Of a stretch of 64,000 nucleotides of DNA, positions 1 to 9,462 are shown piece by piece. Numbering within the stretch: the first letter of the stretch is position 1; every line of letters starts with the position of its first letter. This stretch comes from a virus. The notes beneath the pieces are model-generated. The model worked only from the letters and a program-made list of their open reading frames with translations, ran no database searches and had not been told where the DNA came from. The DNA is taken from positions 6,575-70,574 of IMG/VR virus record IMGVR_UViG_3300042301_001937; one strand, given 5' to 3'. The translations under genes and the position numbers were made by a program.

Positions 1-426
1 AGAAAAGATTTAGAAAATTTTGGATTAATTCCTAATAAAACTATGACTTTAAAATTTCCAAATATACCAGAAATGTATGTAAAAGATTTTATTAGAGGGT
101 TATGGGATGGAGATGGTGGAGTTATTACTCCTTTATCTAAACAAAAAACATCTAAATTATTATGTTCTTATTTTGTATGTGCTAATTATGATTTTATAAA
201 TACTGTATTAAGTTTTTTACCAGTAAAAAAGAAAACTATTCAAACTAAAAAAAGAAAAACAAATTTATATTCTATTTTTTTTAGAGGCTTTGATAGTTTG
301 GCTATTAAAAAATTTTTATATTACGATAATTGCTTATGCATGCAACGTAAAAAAGATTTATTTTTTAGTTATAAACCAAAACGTTCAACGACTATAATAC
401 ACTATCCTAATGGGATAAAGGAATAG
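1..426 (+). CDS. Intron-encoded LAGLIDADG homing endonuclease (5' truncated by window edge)
   Basis: The frame is open from position 1 (RKDLENFGLIPNKTM...). It contains the LAGLIDADG-type helix FIRGLWDGDGG and a C-terminal YYDNCLCMQRK typical of this family. The stop TAG (424-426) lies inside the intron core. Confidence 0.85.
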   Translation, partial: RKDLENFGLIPNKTMTLKFPNIPEMYVKDFIRGLWDGDGGVITPLSKQKTSKLLCSYFVCANYDFINTVLSFLPVKKKTIQTKKRKTNLYSIFFRGFDSLAIKKFLYYDNCLCMQRKKDLFFSYKPKRSTTIIHYPNGIKE

Positions 427-462
427 TCTGATCTTACATGAAAATGTAAGCTAACAAAAATG
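1..462 (+). mobile_element. Group I self-splicing intron, 3' portion (P7-P8-P9 and omega-G)
   Basis: R-like element GTTCAACGACTA (383-394) and S-like element AAGGAATAGTC (418-428), with P7 pairing GACTA/TAGTC. P8 hairpin TATCCT..GGGATA (403-417). P9 hairpin CTTACAT-GAAA-ATGTAAG (433-450) with a GNRA loop. Terminal G at 462, after which the exon reads A-CTA-AAA-CAT-GAA-GCA-CTT-CAT (LKHEALH). Confidence 0.85.
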
Positions 463-1420
463 ACTAAAACATGAAGCACTTCATTTGTGCATGTTCCATT
501 TGATTACTTTAGATGACTATCCAAATCATAAGATGGATAATTATGCTACTGATATGGAGATTAATCAGTATATACCTAAAGCAAATTTACCAAGTTGGGG
601 TATATTTCTAGATGATATGCAACAAAAGTATCCTCAGTTAGATTTGTCACCTAAGAAAGGTAGACATCATTATTATCGTGAACTAAATAAATTATCTGAA
701 GAACAGCAAGAAGAAGCTGGTATATCTGAACAAGCACAACATGCTTGGATAGTTACAGATAAAGACGGTAATGAAGTAGACGGACTTAGTGAAGCAGAAC
801 AGAATGCTATTAAAGCACAGGTAGAATCTACTATTGAAAGTATAGCACAGGAAATTCAAAAATCTCAAGGTAGTGTACCAAGTGAAATTGAACAGTTAGT
901 CAAGAACTTTGTTAAACCTAAACCTAAGTTTAATTACCTAAAGTATATTAGAAACTTTGTAGGTAATTCAAATAAGTTTTTTATTAAAACAAGTAAGGTT
1001 AAAGAAAATCAAAGATTTCCAGGTCAACCTAAGACTGTATTGAAACCAGTAGCTAAGATTTTAGTACTAATTGACGAATCAGGTTCAGTATCTGAAACAG
1101 AATTGTATGAATTTCTTAATGAGATTTACCACTTACAGAAAAAAACAGGTATTGAAATCAGAGCATTTGATACTAAAGTATCTGATATAGTAAAATACAA
1201 AGGTAACAATGAATTCCCTAGAACACGATGTGGTGGAACTTCATTTACTGCTGCTGTAGATTATTACAATGCTTCTCAATATACTACTTGTATTATTTTT
1301 ACTGACGGCCATGCAGAAGAACCACCTAGATGTAACAAGAGATTACTATGGGTAATATCTTCTAATGGTACTGAGTCTAGTATTGAAAATCATTCACAAT
1401 GGGTAAAAATCCCTAATTAG
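463..1420 (+). CDS. 3' exon of a HExxH metallopeptidase-like + vWA domain protein (DUF2201-like, MoxR partner)
   Basis: The frame extends upstream of the track's TTG (485) to LKHEALHLCMFH and is blocked by TGA at 461-463 at the splice junction. It has NYATDMEINQ after the HExxH, and MIDAS-type vWA motifs VLIDESGSVS, GGTSF and IIFTDG. It lies next to a MoxR ATPase. Confidence 0.85.
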
Positions 1421-1422
1421 GT

Positions 1423-1674
1423 ATGAAAAATCATTCAAAAGAAGAGCTTAAAGAGAAAAGAAAACTCTTACCTAGAATGACAGCACAACAGAAAAAAGAA
1501 ATGTTGTCATTTTTAAATGGGGATAGTGCATCTGTAGAGATAGGAAAACAGATGATTAAATCTTATTTAGAAATTTATCCCAAAGAACTACATTTTAAAA
1601 AAAAGTTTATGGCTAAACTTCGATTGTTAGACGCTTATAAACGAGTTAAATATTGGTCTAACATTCCATTTTAA
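1423..1674 (+). CDS. Hypothetical basic protein
   Basis: 83-aa ORF tightly packed in the operon; no recognisable motif. Confidence 0.6.
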   Translation: MKNHSKEELKEKRKLLPRMTAQQKKEMLSFLNGDSASVEIGKQMIKSYLEIYPKELHFKKKFMAKLRLLDAYKRVKYWSNIPF

Positions 1675-1710
1675 AAAAACAAATTAAACAACAAAACAAT
1701 AAATAATATT

Positions 1711-2922
1711 ATGGAAAAAGTAACAACGTATACACCTAATGAAACATTAGGAATTTTGAAAGACATTATTGCTGCTAATGACAAACTTATGGAACAAGGT
1801 AATGTACCTATTTCACTAAGTCTAGTAGGTACACCTGGTTTGGGTAAAACTACTATTTGCAGAGAATTAGCTAGAGATCTTAATAGAGATTTCTACAAGC
1901 TAAACCTAGCACAATTAACAGAACCTTCAGAATTAATCGGTTACTATAGTAAAGAATACGAAGTAGTAAAAAACAATGAGACAAGATGGGTTACTGAAAA
2001 TCTATTACCGAAAGCAACAGATGCAGGTTTTAAATATACCAATAAAACTAGGACTGTACCATGTCCTCCAGATTGGATTGTTAACTTAAAAGATAACGGT
2101 ATCTTATTATTAGATGACTATAGCAGAAGTAATACTTTGTTTAGTCAAGCTATTATGGAATTAATTAATGAGCAAACAATGGTAGGTTGGGATCTTAAAG
2201 ATAAAAAGATTCAAATTATACTAACAGAAAATCCAGATGACGGTGAATACAATGTATCATCTATGGATAAAGCTCAACAAGATCGTATGATGAGAATCAA
2301 TATGGTATGGAGTGCACAAGATTGGTCAGAACGTGCAGAAAAGATCGGCCTTGATGAGAGGTTAATTAACTTTGTATTATGGGCACCTGAATTATTGGAA
2401 CAGAAGAAAGACCAAGGTATCAGTGCTAGTGGTAACGTAACTCCAAGGATGATGGATAAGTTCTTTAGCTTAGTATCTACAATAGAAGATTTTGAGAATA
2501 ATCTAGATAAGATTGCATTATTCGGTGATATCTCAGTAGGTAAACATATTACAGGGCAGTTGATCAATTTCGTAAATAAGAAATTAGATAAATTACCATC
2601 TGTAGAAAAGTTATTGAAAGAATATGATTTAGCTACAGCTAAAACTCAATTGACTATTGCTTGTGGTGATTCTGAATCAGATTCTGGTAACTGGAAAGGT
2701 GCAACAGCAGCAATCTTAACTACTAGATTGTTTAACTACGTAAGACATCACAACAAGAAGTTAAGCAAAGATAACATTAAACAATATCTTGAGTTAATTC
2801 TTCATCCATCGTTTTCAGTAGATCAAAAGTTTTTAATGGTTAAACAAACAGTTTCTTGTGGAAGCAACTTTGCTACAATTTTAGCAGGTGACCCTAGATT
2901 CTTAAAATACATGATGTCATGA
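1711..2922 (+). CDS. MoxR-like AAA+ ATPase
   Basis: Walker A GTPGLGKT, Walker B ILLLDDYSR, sensor ILTENP, MDKAQQDR arginine-finger region and TPRMMDK sensor II; vWA gene upstream. Confidence 0.88.
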   Translation: MEKVTTYTPNETLGILKDIIAANDKLMEQGNVPISLSLVGTPGLGKTTICRELARDLNRDFYKLNLAQLTEPSELIGYYSKEYEVVKNNETRWVTENLLPKATDAGFKYTNKTRTVPCPPDWIVNLKDNGILLLDDYSRSNTLFSQAIMELINEQTMVGWDLKDKKIQIILTENPDDGEYNVSSMDKAQQDRMMRINMVWSAQDWSERAEKIGLDERLINFVLWAPELLEQKKDQGISASGNVTPRMMDKFFSLVSTIEDFENNLDKIALFGDISVGKHITGQLINFVNKKLDKLPSVEKLLKEYDLATAKTQLTIACGDSESDSGNWKGATAAILTTRLFNYVRHHNKKLSKDNIKQYLELILHPSFSVDQKFLMVKQTVSCGSNFATILAGDPRFLKYMMS

Positions 2923-3743
2923 GAATAATAATAACTTCAAATGGATCTAAATATATAGATCAAGAATTAAAAGATGCAATAGTTCTTATTAATTCTACTT
3001 ACAATATGGTCATTCCAAATGACAAAAACATTTTCTTTTTAAAGAATACTACTGTACCTAGATTAGTAACTGATTACCTTGGAAAAAATATTTCCAGGGT
3101 AATCAAAAAAGAAAAAGCAGATTTCTGTATCATTAAAAAGATAGAAATTAATGATTATCCGTTATACTATGATGCTGTGTATAATTGTACAACTAAAGAT
3201 GATACTAAAGAAGTAGTGTATTCTACAAGTAATCTAAAAATAGAAGATATATTTACATTAGAACAGATTGTAGATTTTAACAACAGACAACAAATAGTAG
3301 GATTTATTAATCAGGATATCTTAAATGAAAGTTTTAATAATGGTTTTGTTATTGACAAAGAAAATTATACTACATTAAAAGAATTAATTGATTCTAGAAA
3401 TCCTGATAATTTAACTATTGCTGCTAACATGGTTATTAATTCTGATCTAAATGCTAATTGGCAATGGTTATGCTATTTATATCTTAATAATTCTAAATTA
3501 TTAACATACTATGATAAAAACGATATTGTAGATAAATATTTTGAAACTAAACTTAATCTGTATTTTGACAACACTGTAAGTAATATAGATAGAATATTAA
3601 GTAAAGTTACTGATCAAGATGTTAAAGAATGTGTAATTCAACATGTTAGGAATTTATTCCATGAAGGTATAGAAACATACCTTAGAAGTTCAATACAAAC
3701 CAGTTCTTTCGTTTTAAATAATTTCGAATTAAACCTTAAATAA
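2919..3743 (+). CDS. Hypothetical protein (paralogue of 3745..4656)
   Basis: ATGA overlap with the ATPase; shares KADxxxI and TLxELxxSRNxDN motifs with the next ORF. Confidence 0.75.
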   Translation: MRIIITSNGSKYIDQELKDAIVLINSTYNMVIPNDKNIFFLKNTTVPRLVTDYLGKNISRVIKKEKADFCIIKKIEINDYPLYYDAVYNCTTKDDTKEVVYSTSNLKIEDIFTLEQIVDFNNRQQIVGFINQDILNESFNNGFVIDKENYTTLKELIDSRNPDNLTIAANMVINSDLNANWQWLCYLYLNNSKLLTYYDKNDIVDKYFETKLNLYFDNTVSNIDRILSKVTDQDVKECVIQHVRNLFHEGIETYLRSSIQTSSFVLNNFELNLK

Positions 3744-3744
3744 T

Positions 3745-4656
3745 ATGAATGACAATATAAAAAATTTTTATGCACCGTATTTGTTAAATAATCCATTAAA
3801 TATTCCTATTCCTACTAATGTAAATGAAGTAGAAGATGCATTGTCGAATAGATATCGTTATAATCATTATACTGAATTTCATGCTCAGGAGTTTACTGAT
3901 TTTATAAACAAGTTAACAGATACTACTAATCTTACTTTTAAACCAGGTCAAAGTATTTATTGTTATGCAACAAAAGTTTCTCAAAATAAGTTAAGAGAAG
4001 CAGAATTTAAAATAACAAGAGATCCATTAAAAGCAGATATTATTTTAATAGATGATCCTTCACATAAAAAACAATATGGGTATAATGAAAAGTATACTTT
4101 TTATGACACAAAAGCTGAAGAAGAAGTAATACCATTTATGGAATTTATTGATAATGTAGCTAAAAAGAATCTTACTGGTAGATTTGTTTTTGTAAAAGAT
4201 ATTTACAAAACTCTTTATAAGTACGAAGGTAATCAAACATTATTTAATACCTTAAATGAATTACTTGAGTCTAGAAACAATGACAACGTAATATTGGCAA
4301 TGGAAACAATGACTAATGCTAATTGGGAAGATAACCAAGTGTATCTAGAAGAATTATTTAGTAGATTTTTTAACACAATAAAAGATTCTAATTATTACAA
4401 TACTATCAGTTTTAAAGGTTTTCGTGATTCTTTAGATTTTGCTTATAAACAGCAATATAGATTGAGAGATTCTGAAGATTATAGAGATATTTGTAAAACT
4501 AGAGAACACCATGAATTTGTCTATAACTTGTACAAAGATAAGTTACAAGAGGCATTAAATAAATTAAGTGAAAAATTTAAAATAGCTATTACAGACTTAA
4601 AAATTGAAATTGATGAAGCAACAGAATATGATGAAACAAAAGGATTTAAAATTTAG
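3745..4656 (+). CDS. Hypothetical protein (paralogue of 2919..3743)
   Basis: 303-aa ORF with KADIILI and TLNELLESRNNDNVILAMETMTNANW. Confidence 0.75.
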   Translation: MNDNIKNFYAPYLLNNPLNIPIPTNVNEVEDALSNRYRYNHYTEFHAQEFTDFINKLTDTTNLTFKPGQSIYCYATKVSQNKLREAEFKITRDPLKADIILIDDPSHKKQYGYNEKYTFYDTKAEEEVIPFMEFIDNVAKKNLTGRFVFVKDIYKTLYKYEGNQTLFNTLNELLESRNNDNVILAMETMTNANWEDNQVYLEELFSRFFNTIKDSNYYNTISFKGFRDSLDFAYKQQYRLRDSEDYRDICKTREHHEFVYNLYKDKLQEALNKLSEKFKIAITDLKIEIDEATEYDETKGFKI

Positions 4657-5257
4657 TCTTGTATTAGATCAATATCCAACGTCTGCAATTACTTCTAAGG
4701 CAAAAAGACCAAAGTATTATTCTACAACATCAGGTAGAGGTAGAGTTAAAAAACTACCTAAAACCTTAGAAAAGAAAGGTTATAGTGTAGATTTAGAAGA
4801 TTACTATGTAGACATGAATGGTGAAAGAATAGTAGCTAATTCCAGAACAGTAGGTAAACCAGGTACATTACCAATTAATGCACAGATATTCTATGTAGGT
4901 AAACCATTTCAACGTATGGCTATTAAGAATTTCTTGACTGAATATCTAACTCCATTTGTTAAAGCTATGCCTGTAATAGATTATCCACTATACATTGAAT
5001 CTGAAGTTCATGCTCCGTATGAGCATAGATTGATGGACATGAACAATATAGGTTATGTATGGGATAAAATCTTAACAGATATTATGGTAACAGAAGGTAA
5101 GTTAGTAGATGACGATCCATTGTATGTAACTAGACCAGGTTCTGCTCCTATGTATGTCCCTACGGACAACTTTGAAAATAGAAAATTAGTATTTAATTTC
5201 TATCAAGACAACAGACCTGAGATTTTAAAATTAAGACAATTAAAATTAAAAATATGA
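4628..5257 (+). CDS. RusA-like Holliday junction resolvase
   Basis: C-terminal DMNN...DKILTDIMVTEGKLVDDD resembles the RusA DxDN..K...D......DD pattern. ATG at 4628/4631 is more likely than the track's TTG at 4604. Confidence 0.6.
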   Translation: MMKQKDLKFSLVLDQYPTSAITSKAKRPKYYSTTSGRGRVKKLPKTLEKKGYSVDLEDYYVDMNGERIVANSRTVGKPGTLPINAQIFYVGKPFQRMAIKNFLTEYLTPFVKAMPVIDYPLYIESEVHAPYEHRLMDMNNIGYVWDKILTDIMVTEGKLVDDDPLYVTRPGSAPMYVPTDNFENRKLVFNFYQDNRPEILKLRQLKLKI

Positions 5258-5598
5258 ACATGTCAGAATTTGATTTAGTTTTAGAAGCTAGGCTTCAGAA
5301 AACTAAAGATGTATTGTATTCTAAATCAAAAGAATATTCTAGTGATTCAGATAAACTGCATAACTTTAACAAAGGTGCTATGATGTCTGGTCACAGTAGA
5401 GAAGATGTTTTATGGGGTTTTCTTCTTAAACATTTGATATCTGTATCAGATATTGTAGAAGCTACTAATCAAGGTAAGTTTCCAAATATGGAAACAATTA
5501 ATGAAAAAATAGGTGATTGCATCAATTATTTTGTATTACTAGAAGCTTGTTTAGTAGATAGATTAAAACAAGAAGAACCTAGAAAATTACCTTTTTAG
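5254..5598 (+). CDS. DUF1599/nucleotide-modification-associated, all-alpha NTP pyrophosphatase-like protein
   Basis: The KSKEY..D.LHNF ... KH ... EKIGDCINYFVLL pattern is typical of these helical phage proteins. Confidence 0.55.
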   Translation: MNMSEFDLVLEARLQKTKDVLYSKSKEYSSDSDKLHNFNKGAMMSGHSREDVLWGFLLKHLISVSDIVEATNQGKFPNMETINEKIGDCINYFVLLEACLVDRLKQEEPRKLPF

Positions 5599-5600
5599 TT

Positions 5601-6053
5601 ATGATTATCAGAGATTTATATCGGGAAGTAGTAAATAAAATACTACTTCCCTATGAAACTTGTATTGAAGAGTTAACAGAAGAATATGATTTCTATGATA
5701 ATGGTAATGTTAAAATAGATGGTGTTTTTTGGTATGATTATTTTCAAGTACCAGAATTTTATCTTGATTATTTAACAGAACAATACAACTATAAAATTTC
5801 TGTAATAATGATATTACAAAATTTTAGGAAGAAAAATTTATTTCCTATGAAAATGAGGGATTTAGACCAAATTAAAGATTGGCTTTTATTAAAAGATGTA
5901 ATTTATGAAAAACTTGACAAAAGTATGGCTGAAGGATGTCATGATCGTTTTGGTAATCTTCACATTAGGAATTCTGACTGGAATTACGTTGAGAACAAAA
6001 GATCAAATAATAAGAATCCAAGAGTCAGTAGCACAGCAAAATTGTTTAGATGA
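5601..6053 (+). CDS. Hypothetical protein
   Basis: 150-aa ORF starting 2 nt after the previous stop; its 3' end overlaps the next gene. Confidence 0.6.
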   Translation: MIIRDLYREVVNKILLPYETCIEELTEEYDFYDNGNVKIDGVFWYDYFQVPEFYLDYLTEQYNYKISVIMILQNFRKKNLFPMKMRDLDQIKDWLLLKDVIYEKLDKSMAEGCHDRFGNLHIRNSDWNYVENKRSNNKNPRVSSTAKLFR

Positions 6054-6417
6054 TAGTACACTGAGTATAGAATGTGTCAAACATCATTTAAACAAACACA
6101 AGGTTAAATTTTCACATATAGTGTTAGCCCAAGCTAAGTTAGAAAGTAAAGGATTGAAATCTAGTTTGGCCAAAGTAAACAACAATATATTCGGAATGAA
6201 AGTAGCTGCAACTAGATTTACATTTGCCGTAAATTCTTATGATTACGGTAATTATGCTAAATATGAAACTATAGAGGACTGTATTACAGACTACAAGGCA
6301 TGGCAGATACAAAATGCCTTGCATATTACAGATCCAGATAGTTATTTTGCACTACTGAAACAGCAATATGCTGAAGATCCGATGTACGTGGAGAAATTAA
6401 AGAAACTGATTAGATGA
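5905..6417 (+). CDS. GH73 glucosaminidase/muramidase with N-terminal membrane anchor
   Basis: IVLAQAKLES (catalytic Glu), NNIFGMK and YAEDPMYVEKL motifs; hydrophobic IVLVIFTLGILTGITL near the N-terminus. Confidence 0.85.
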   Translation: MKNLTKVWLKDVMIVLVIFTLGILTGITLRTKDQIIRIQESVAQQNCLDDSTLSIECVKHHLNKHKVKFSHIVLAQAKLESKGLKSSLAKVNNNIFGMKVAATRFTFAVNSYDYGNYAKYETIEDCITDYKAWQIQNALHITDPDSYFALLKQQYAEDPMYVEKLKKLIR

Positions 6418-8273
6418 TTTACTACATAAGTAAGAACAAACAACTATTTACTATACCGAACATAATTTCTGCCGAAATAGATGTGGTTTTTAATTTCTTT
6501 GACAAGAATAAAGTTATTGGATTTGATACTGAAACTACAGGTTTTGACGTTTACACATGTGAACTATTATGTTACCAATTTGGGAACAGACAAGATCAAT
6601 TCGTTGTAGATTCAACTTCTTATCCAATAACCTTGTTTAAGAAATATTTTGAAGACCCTAACTATTTATTTCTGGCCCAGAATTTTAAGTTTGACGGTAG
6701 ATTTTTACTGAAACAAGGTATAGACATTTGGAAGATGAACGTGTATGATACTTTCTTAGCTGAGTGTATTATTACTACTGGTCTGGAAAACAGAGGTTTA
6801 GGACTAGATGATATTGTTTGGAAGTATTGCAATGTAAAATTGGACAAAACTGTTAGAGGTGAAATCAATAGAATAGGTATGAGTTCTAGAGTCATTAAAT
6901 ATGCTGCAGATGATGTGGTGTATTTACAAGACGTAATGAATGATCAAATGATTAAAATCAAAGATTATTCATTAGAAAATGTACTTAAACTAGAGAATGA
7001 GGTATTGAAGGTATTTACTTTAATGGAATACCACGGTGTTAAATTAGACGTTGAGAAATGGAAGACGGTAATACAAACTGTTGACGTAGAATCTGATAAG
7101 TTACATAAGCAATTGGACAACATTGTAGAGACAGATAATTTGTTTATTCCTTTTAGACCTAAATATACACAAATGCAATTGTTTGGGTTTTCAGATGGTC
7201 TAAAGATTAACTGGTCTAGTAATCAGCAGAAACTAAATATCTGTAAAACAGTAGAGCCTAGTCTAGAATCTGTAGGAGATAGAGAGCTACAGAAGATTAA
7301 AGCTAAACATCCATTGATTAAGGTGTTAATTGACTACAATAAGTTTAAGAAATTACAATCTGCTTTTGGTAAGAACTTTCTTGACTTTGTAGGTGTCGAT
7401 GGTAGAATACATCCTAATATATGGCAAATCTTATCTACTGGTAGAATCAGTGTATCGGAACCAAATCTAAATCAGATCCCGTCAAAAGGAGAATTGGGTA
7501 AGGTGATCAGAAGCTGTTTTATTCCTGAAGCAGGATACAAAATAGTAGGTGGTGACTTTAGTGGTATGGAACTTAGGATTATTGCTGAATTCAGTAAAGA
7601 TGAAGTCTGGTTAAATGCATTTAAAGAAGGTAAAGATTTACACAGTGTATTATGTGCAATGACTTTTGATATACCTATTACAGATGTAAAGAAAGAAACA
7701 CCGTTTAAGAAAGGGGTTACCTACAGAGATGTACAAAAGACAATTAACTTTGGTTTAGCTTATGGTATGTCAGAATTTAAATTGGCCGATACTATGGAAA
7801 TTCCTGTTAGTGATGCTAAAAATATTATTAACAAATTCTTTAAAGCTGTGCCTAAAGTAGAAAAGTTTCTAAGATCCCTGGGTGAATTGGGTAAGAAAAG
7901 AGGCTATATTAAAACTTCACCACCGTATCAACGGATTAGATGGTTTGAACAATGGCAATATGCTGTTGAACATGATGATTTTAAGATAATGGGTGAAATA
8001 GAAAGAGCATCTAAAAATAGTCCTATCCAAGGTAGCAATGGTGATATTATTAAACAAGCCTTAATTGATGTACAACAAGAAATTTATACTAACAATTGGG
8101 ACGTTAAAATAATTTTGGCGGTTTATGATGAGATACAAACCGAGGTAAAAGCTGATCAAGCTGAAGCTTGGAAAGTTAAACTAGATGAGCTTATGGTTAC
8201 AGCAGCTAAAAAAGTATTGACGGAAGTACCAGTTGTAGTAGATTGTGGTATACACGATTATTGGCAAAAATAA
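6414..8273 (+). CDS. polA: Family A DNA polymerase with 3'-5' exonuclease (no 5'-3' exo domain)
   Basis: ExoI GFDTETTG, ExoII QNFKFD, ExoIII YAADD; TGRIS..PNLNQIP; motif A DFSGMELR; motif B KTINFGLAYG; motif C VYDE. Confidence 0.95.
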   Translation: MIYYISKNKQLFTIPNIISAEIDVVFNFFDKNKVIGFDTETTGFDVYTCELLCYQFGNRQDQFVVDSTSYPITLFKKYFEDPNYLFLAQNFKFDGRFLLKQGIDIWKMNVYDTFLAECIITTGLENRGLGLDDIVWKYCNVKLDKTVRGEINRIGMSSRVIKYAADDVVYLQDVMNDQMIKIKDYSLENVLKLENEVLKVFTLMEYHGVKLDVEKWKTVIQTVDVESDKLHKQLDNIVETDNLFIPFRPKYTQMQLFGFSDGLKINWSSNQQKLNICKTVEPSLESVGDRELQKIKAKHPLIKVLIDYNKFKKLQSAFGKNFLDFVGVDGRIHPNIWQILSTGRISVSEPNLNQIPSKGELGKVIRSCFIPEAGYKIVGGDFSGMELRIIAEFSKDEVWLNAFKEGKDLHSVLCAMTFDIPITDVKKETPFKKGVTYRDVQKTINFGLAYGMSEFKLADTMEIPVSDAKNIINKFFKAVPKVEKFLRSLGELGKKRGYIKTSPPYQRIRWFEQWQYAVEHDDFKIMGEIERASKNSPIQGSNGDIIKQALIDVQQEIYTNNWDVKIILAVYDEIQTEVKADQAEAWKVKLDELMVTAAKKVLTEVPVVVDCGIHDYWQK

Positions 8274-8280
8274 ATACAAT

Positions 8281-9258
8281 ATGAATTATAGAGAGATTAA
8301 TGCAGTTTCAGCATCTGCTTTAAAAAAGTTTGAGACTAGCCCTAAATTATACCATGATATAGTTACAGGACAAGCTAAGTCGGTTACAACAGAGGCATTA
8401 TCTTTTGGGTCGTTAGTACATGATTTAGTACTAACCCCAGAAGTTGCCAGGACTAAATATGTTATTGCTAATGTACCTAAACCTACAGGTCAGATGGGTG
8501 ATTTATGTGATGCATTATTTAGAAATTGTTTATGGGATGATTTAGCTGACAAAGATGATGTATGGCAAAGATCTTATGATGAGGTAGGTTTCAAACAAAA
8601 GAAACTTGAGACAATCAAAGAAGATTTTAAAACTAAAGGTCAACCGTATTACGATTTATTGTTAGAATCTAGAGGTAAGATTTTAGTTAGTCAGGAAGAA
8701 TACAACAATGCTTTCTCATACAAAACTAGATTGATGACTCATAAAGGTTCTCTTAGACTTTTGTTTCAAAAAGATGAAGACTTTGAAGACTTTAATGAGT
8801 TAGAAATACTTTGGAAATGGAGAAACTTAGATGCTAAATCAATGTTAGATAGAGTTAAGATAAACCATAAAGACAAGATAATTAAGTTAATAGATCTTAA
8901 AACAACTTCTAAACCTGTATATGGTAAACAATTGTTAAGAGAAACAAATCCTTATCTAAATAGATTTACTGGGTTTTTATCTGATATAATTTATTATGAT
9001 TATCTTCTTCAAATGGAATTTTATAGACAAGCATTAAAAAGTTTGTACTTAGATTATGACATTGAAGTTTATCTTATACCTATTAATGATTTTCAATGCA
9101 CAGTATATCAGATTCCAGAAAGATGGTTGTATTATGCTAAAATGAAATTAGATAGAATGAAATCTGAAATTCAATTTCACCTAGATACAAATCAATGGGA
9201 ACTTAGTAAAGACGATTATTACCACGGATTTATTTGTTTAAACGAAATAATGTTATAA
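8281..9258 (+). CDS. PD-(D/E)xK exonuclease (RecE/DUF3799-like)
   Basis: SASALKKF, FGSLVH, ELEI, KSMLDRV, IDLKTT and YLLQMEFY motifs; likely start ATG at 8281. Confidence 0.85.
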   Translation: MNYREINAVSASALKKFETSPKLYHDIVTGQAKSVTTEALSFGSLVHDLVLTPEVARTKYVIANVPKPTGQMGDLCDALFRNCLWDDLADKDDVWQRSYDEVGFKQKKLETIKEDFKTKGQPYYDLLLESRGKILVSQEEYNNAFSYKTRLMTHKGSLRLLFQKDEDFEDFNELEILWKWRNLDAKSMLDRVKINHKDKIIKLIDLKTTSKPVYGKQLLRETNPYLNRFTGFLSDIIYYDYLLQMEFYRQALKSLYLDYDIEVYLIPINDFQCTVYQIPERWLYYAKMKLDRMKSEIQFHLDTNQWELSKDDYYHGFICLNEIML

Positions 9259-9261
9259 GAT

Positions 9262-9462
9262 ATGACAAGATATAGTGTTAAGTATAGTGTTACAATTGAT
9301 GATGTTGAAACTAACTATTTTAAAATGGTAGAAACATCTGGTAACAGACGTGAAAGCATAAAAGCTATGCTTAAAACTATGCATGTTGGGTCAAAAGTTA
9401 AGTTAATTAAGATTAAAAAAGCACAAAATGCTCAAGGAAGATTAGATGGAGGAGAGGATTAG
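9262..9462 (+). CDS. Small hypothetical protein
   Basis: 66-aa ORF ending in the terminator hairpin. Confidence 0.55.
   Translation: MTRYSVKYSVTIDDVETNYFKMVETSGNRRESIKAMLKTMHVGSKVKLIKIKKAQNAQGRLDGGED

Noticed and set aside
485-1420. ORF track start at TTG 485 as an independent gene
   Set aside because: It cuts through the HExxH motif, so it is better explained as the 3' exon of an intron-split gene.
2274-6895. Antisense ORFs 2274-2567, 6139-6324 and 6662-6895
   Set aside because: They lie fully inside well-supported genes on the opposite strand and have no motifs; these are shadow ORFs.
8281-9258. Cas4 / CRISPR-associated call for the PD-(D/E)xK nuclease
   Set aside because: It lacks the four-Cys Fe-S cluster pattern and has no cas genes or array nearby.
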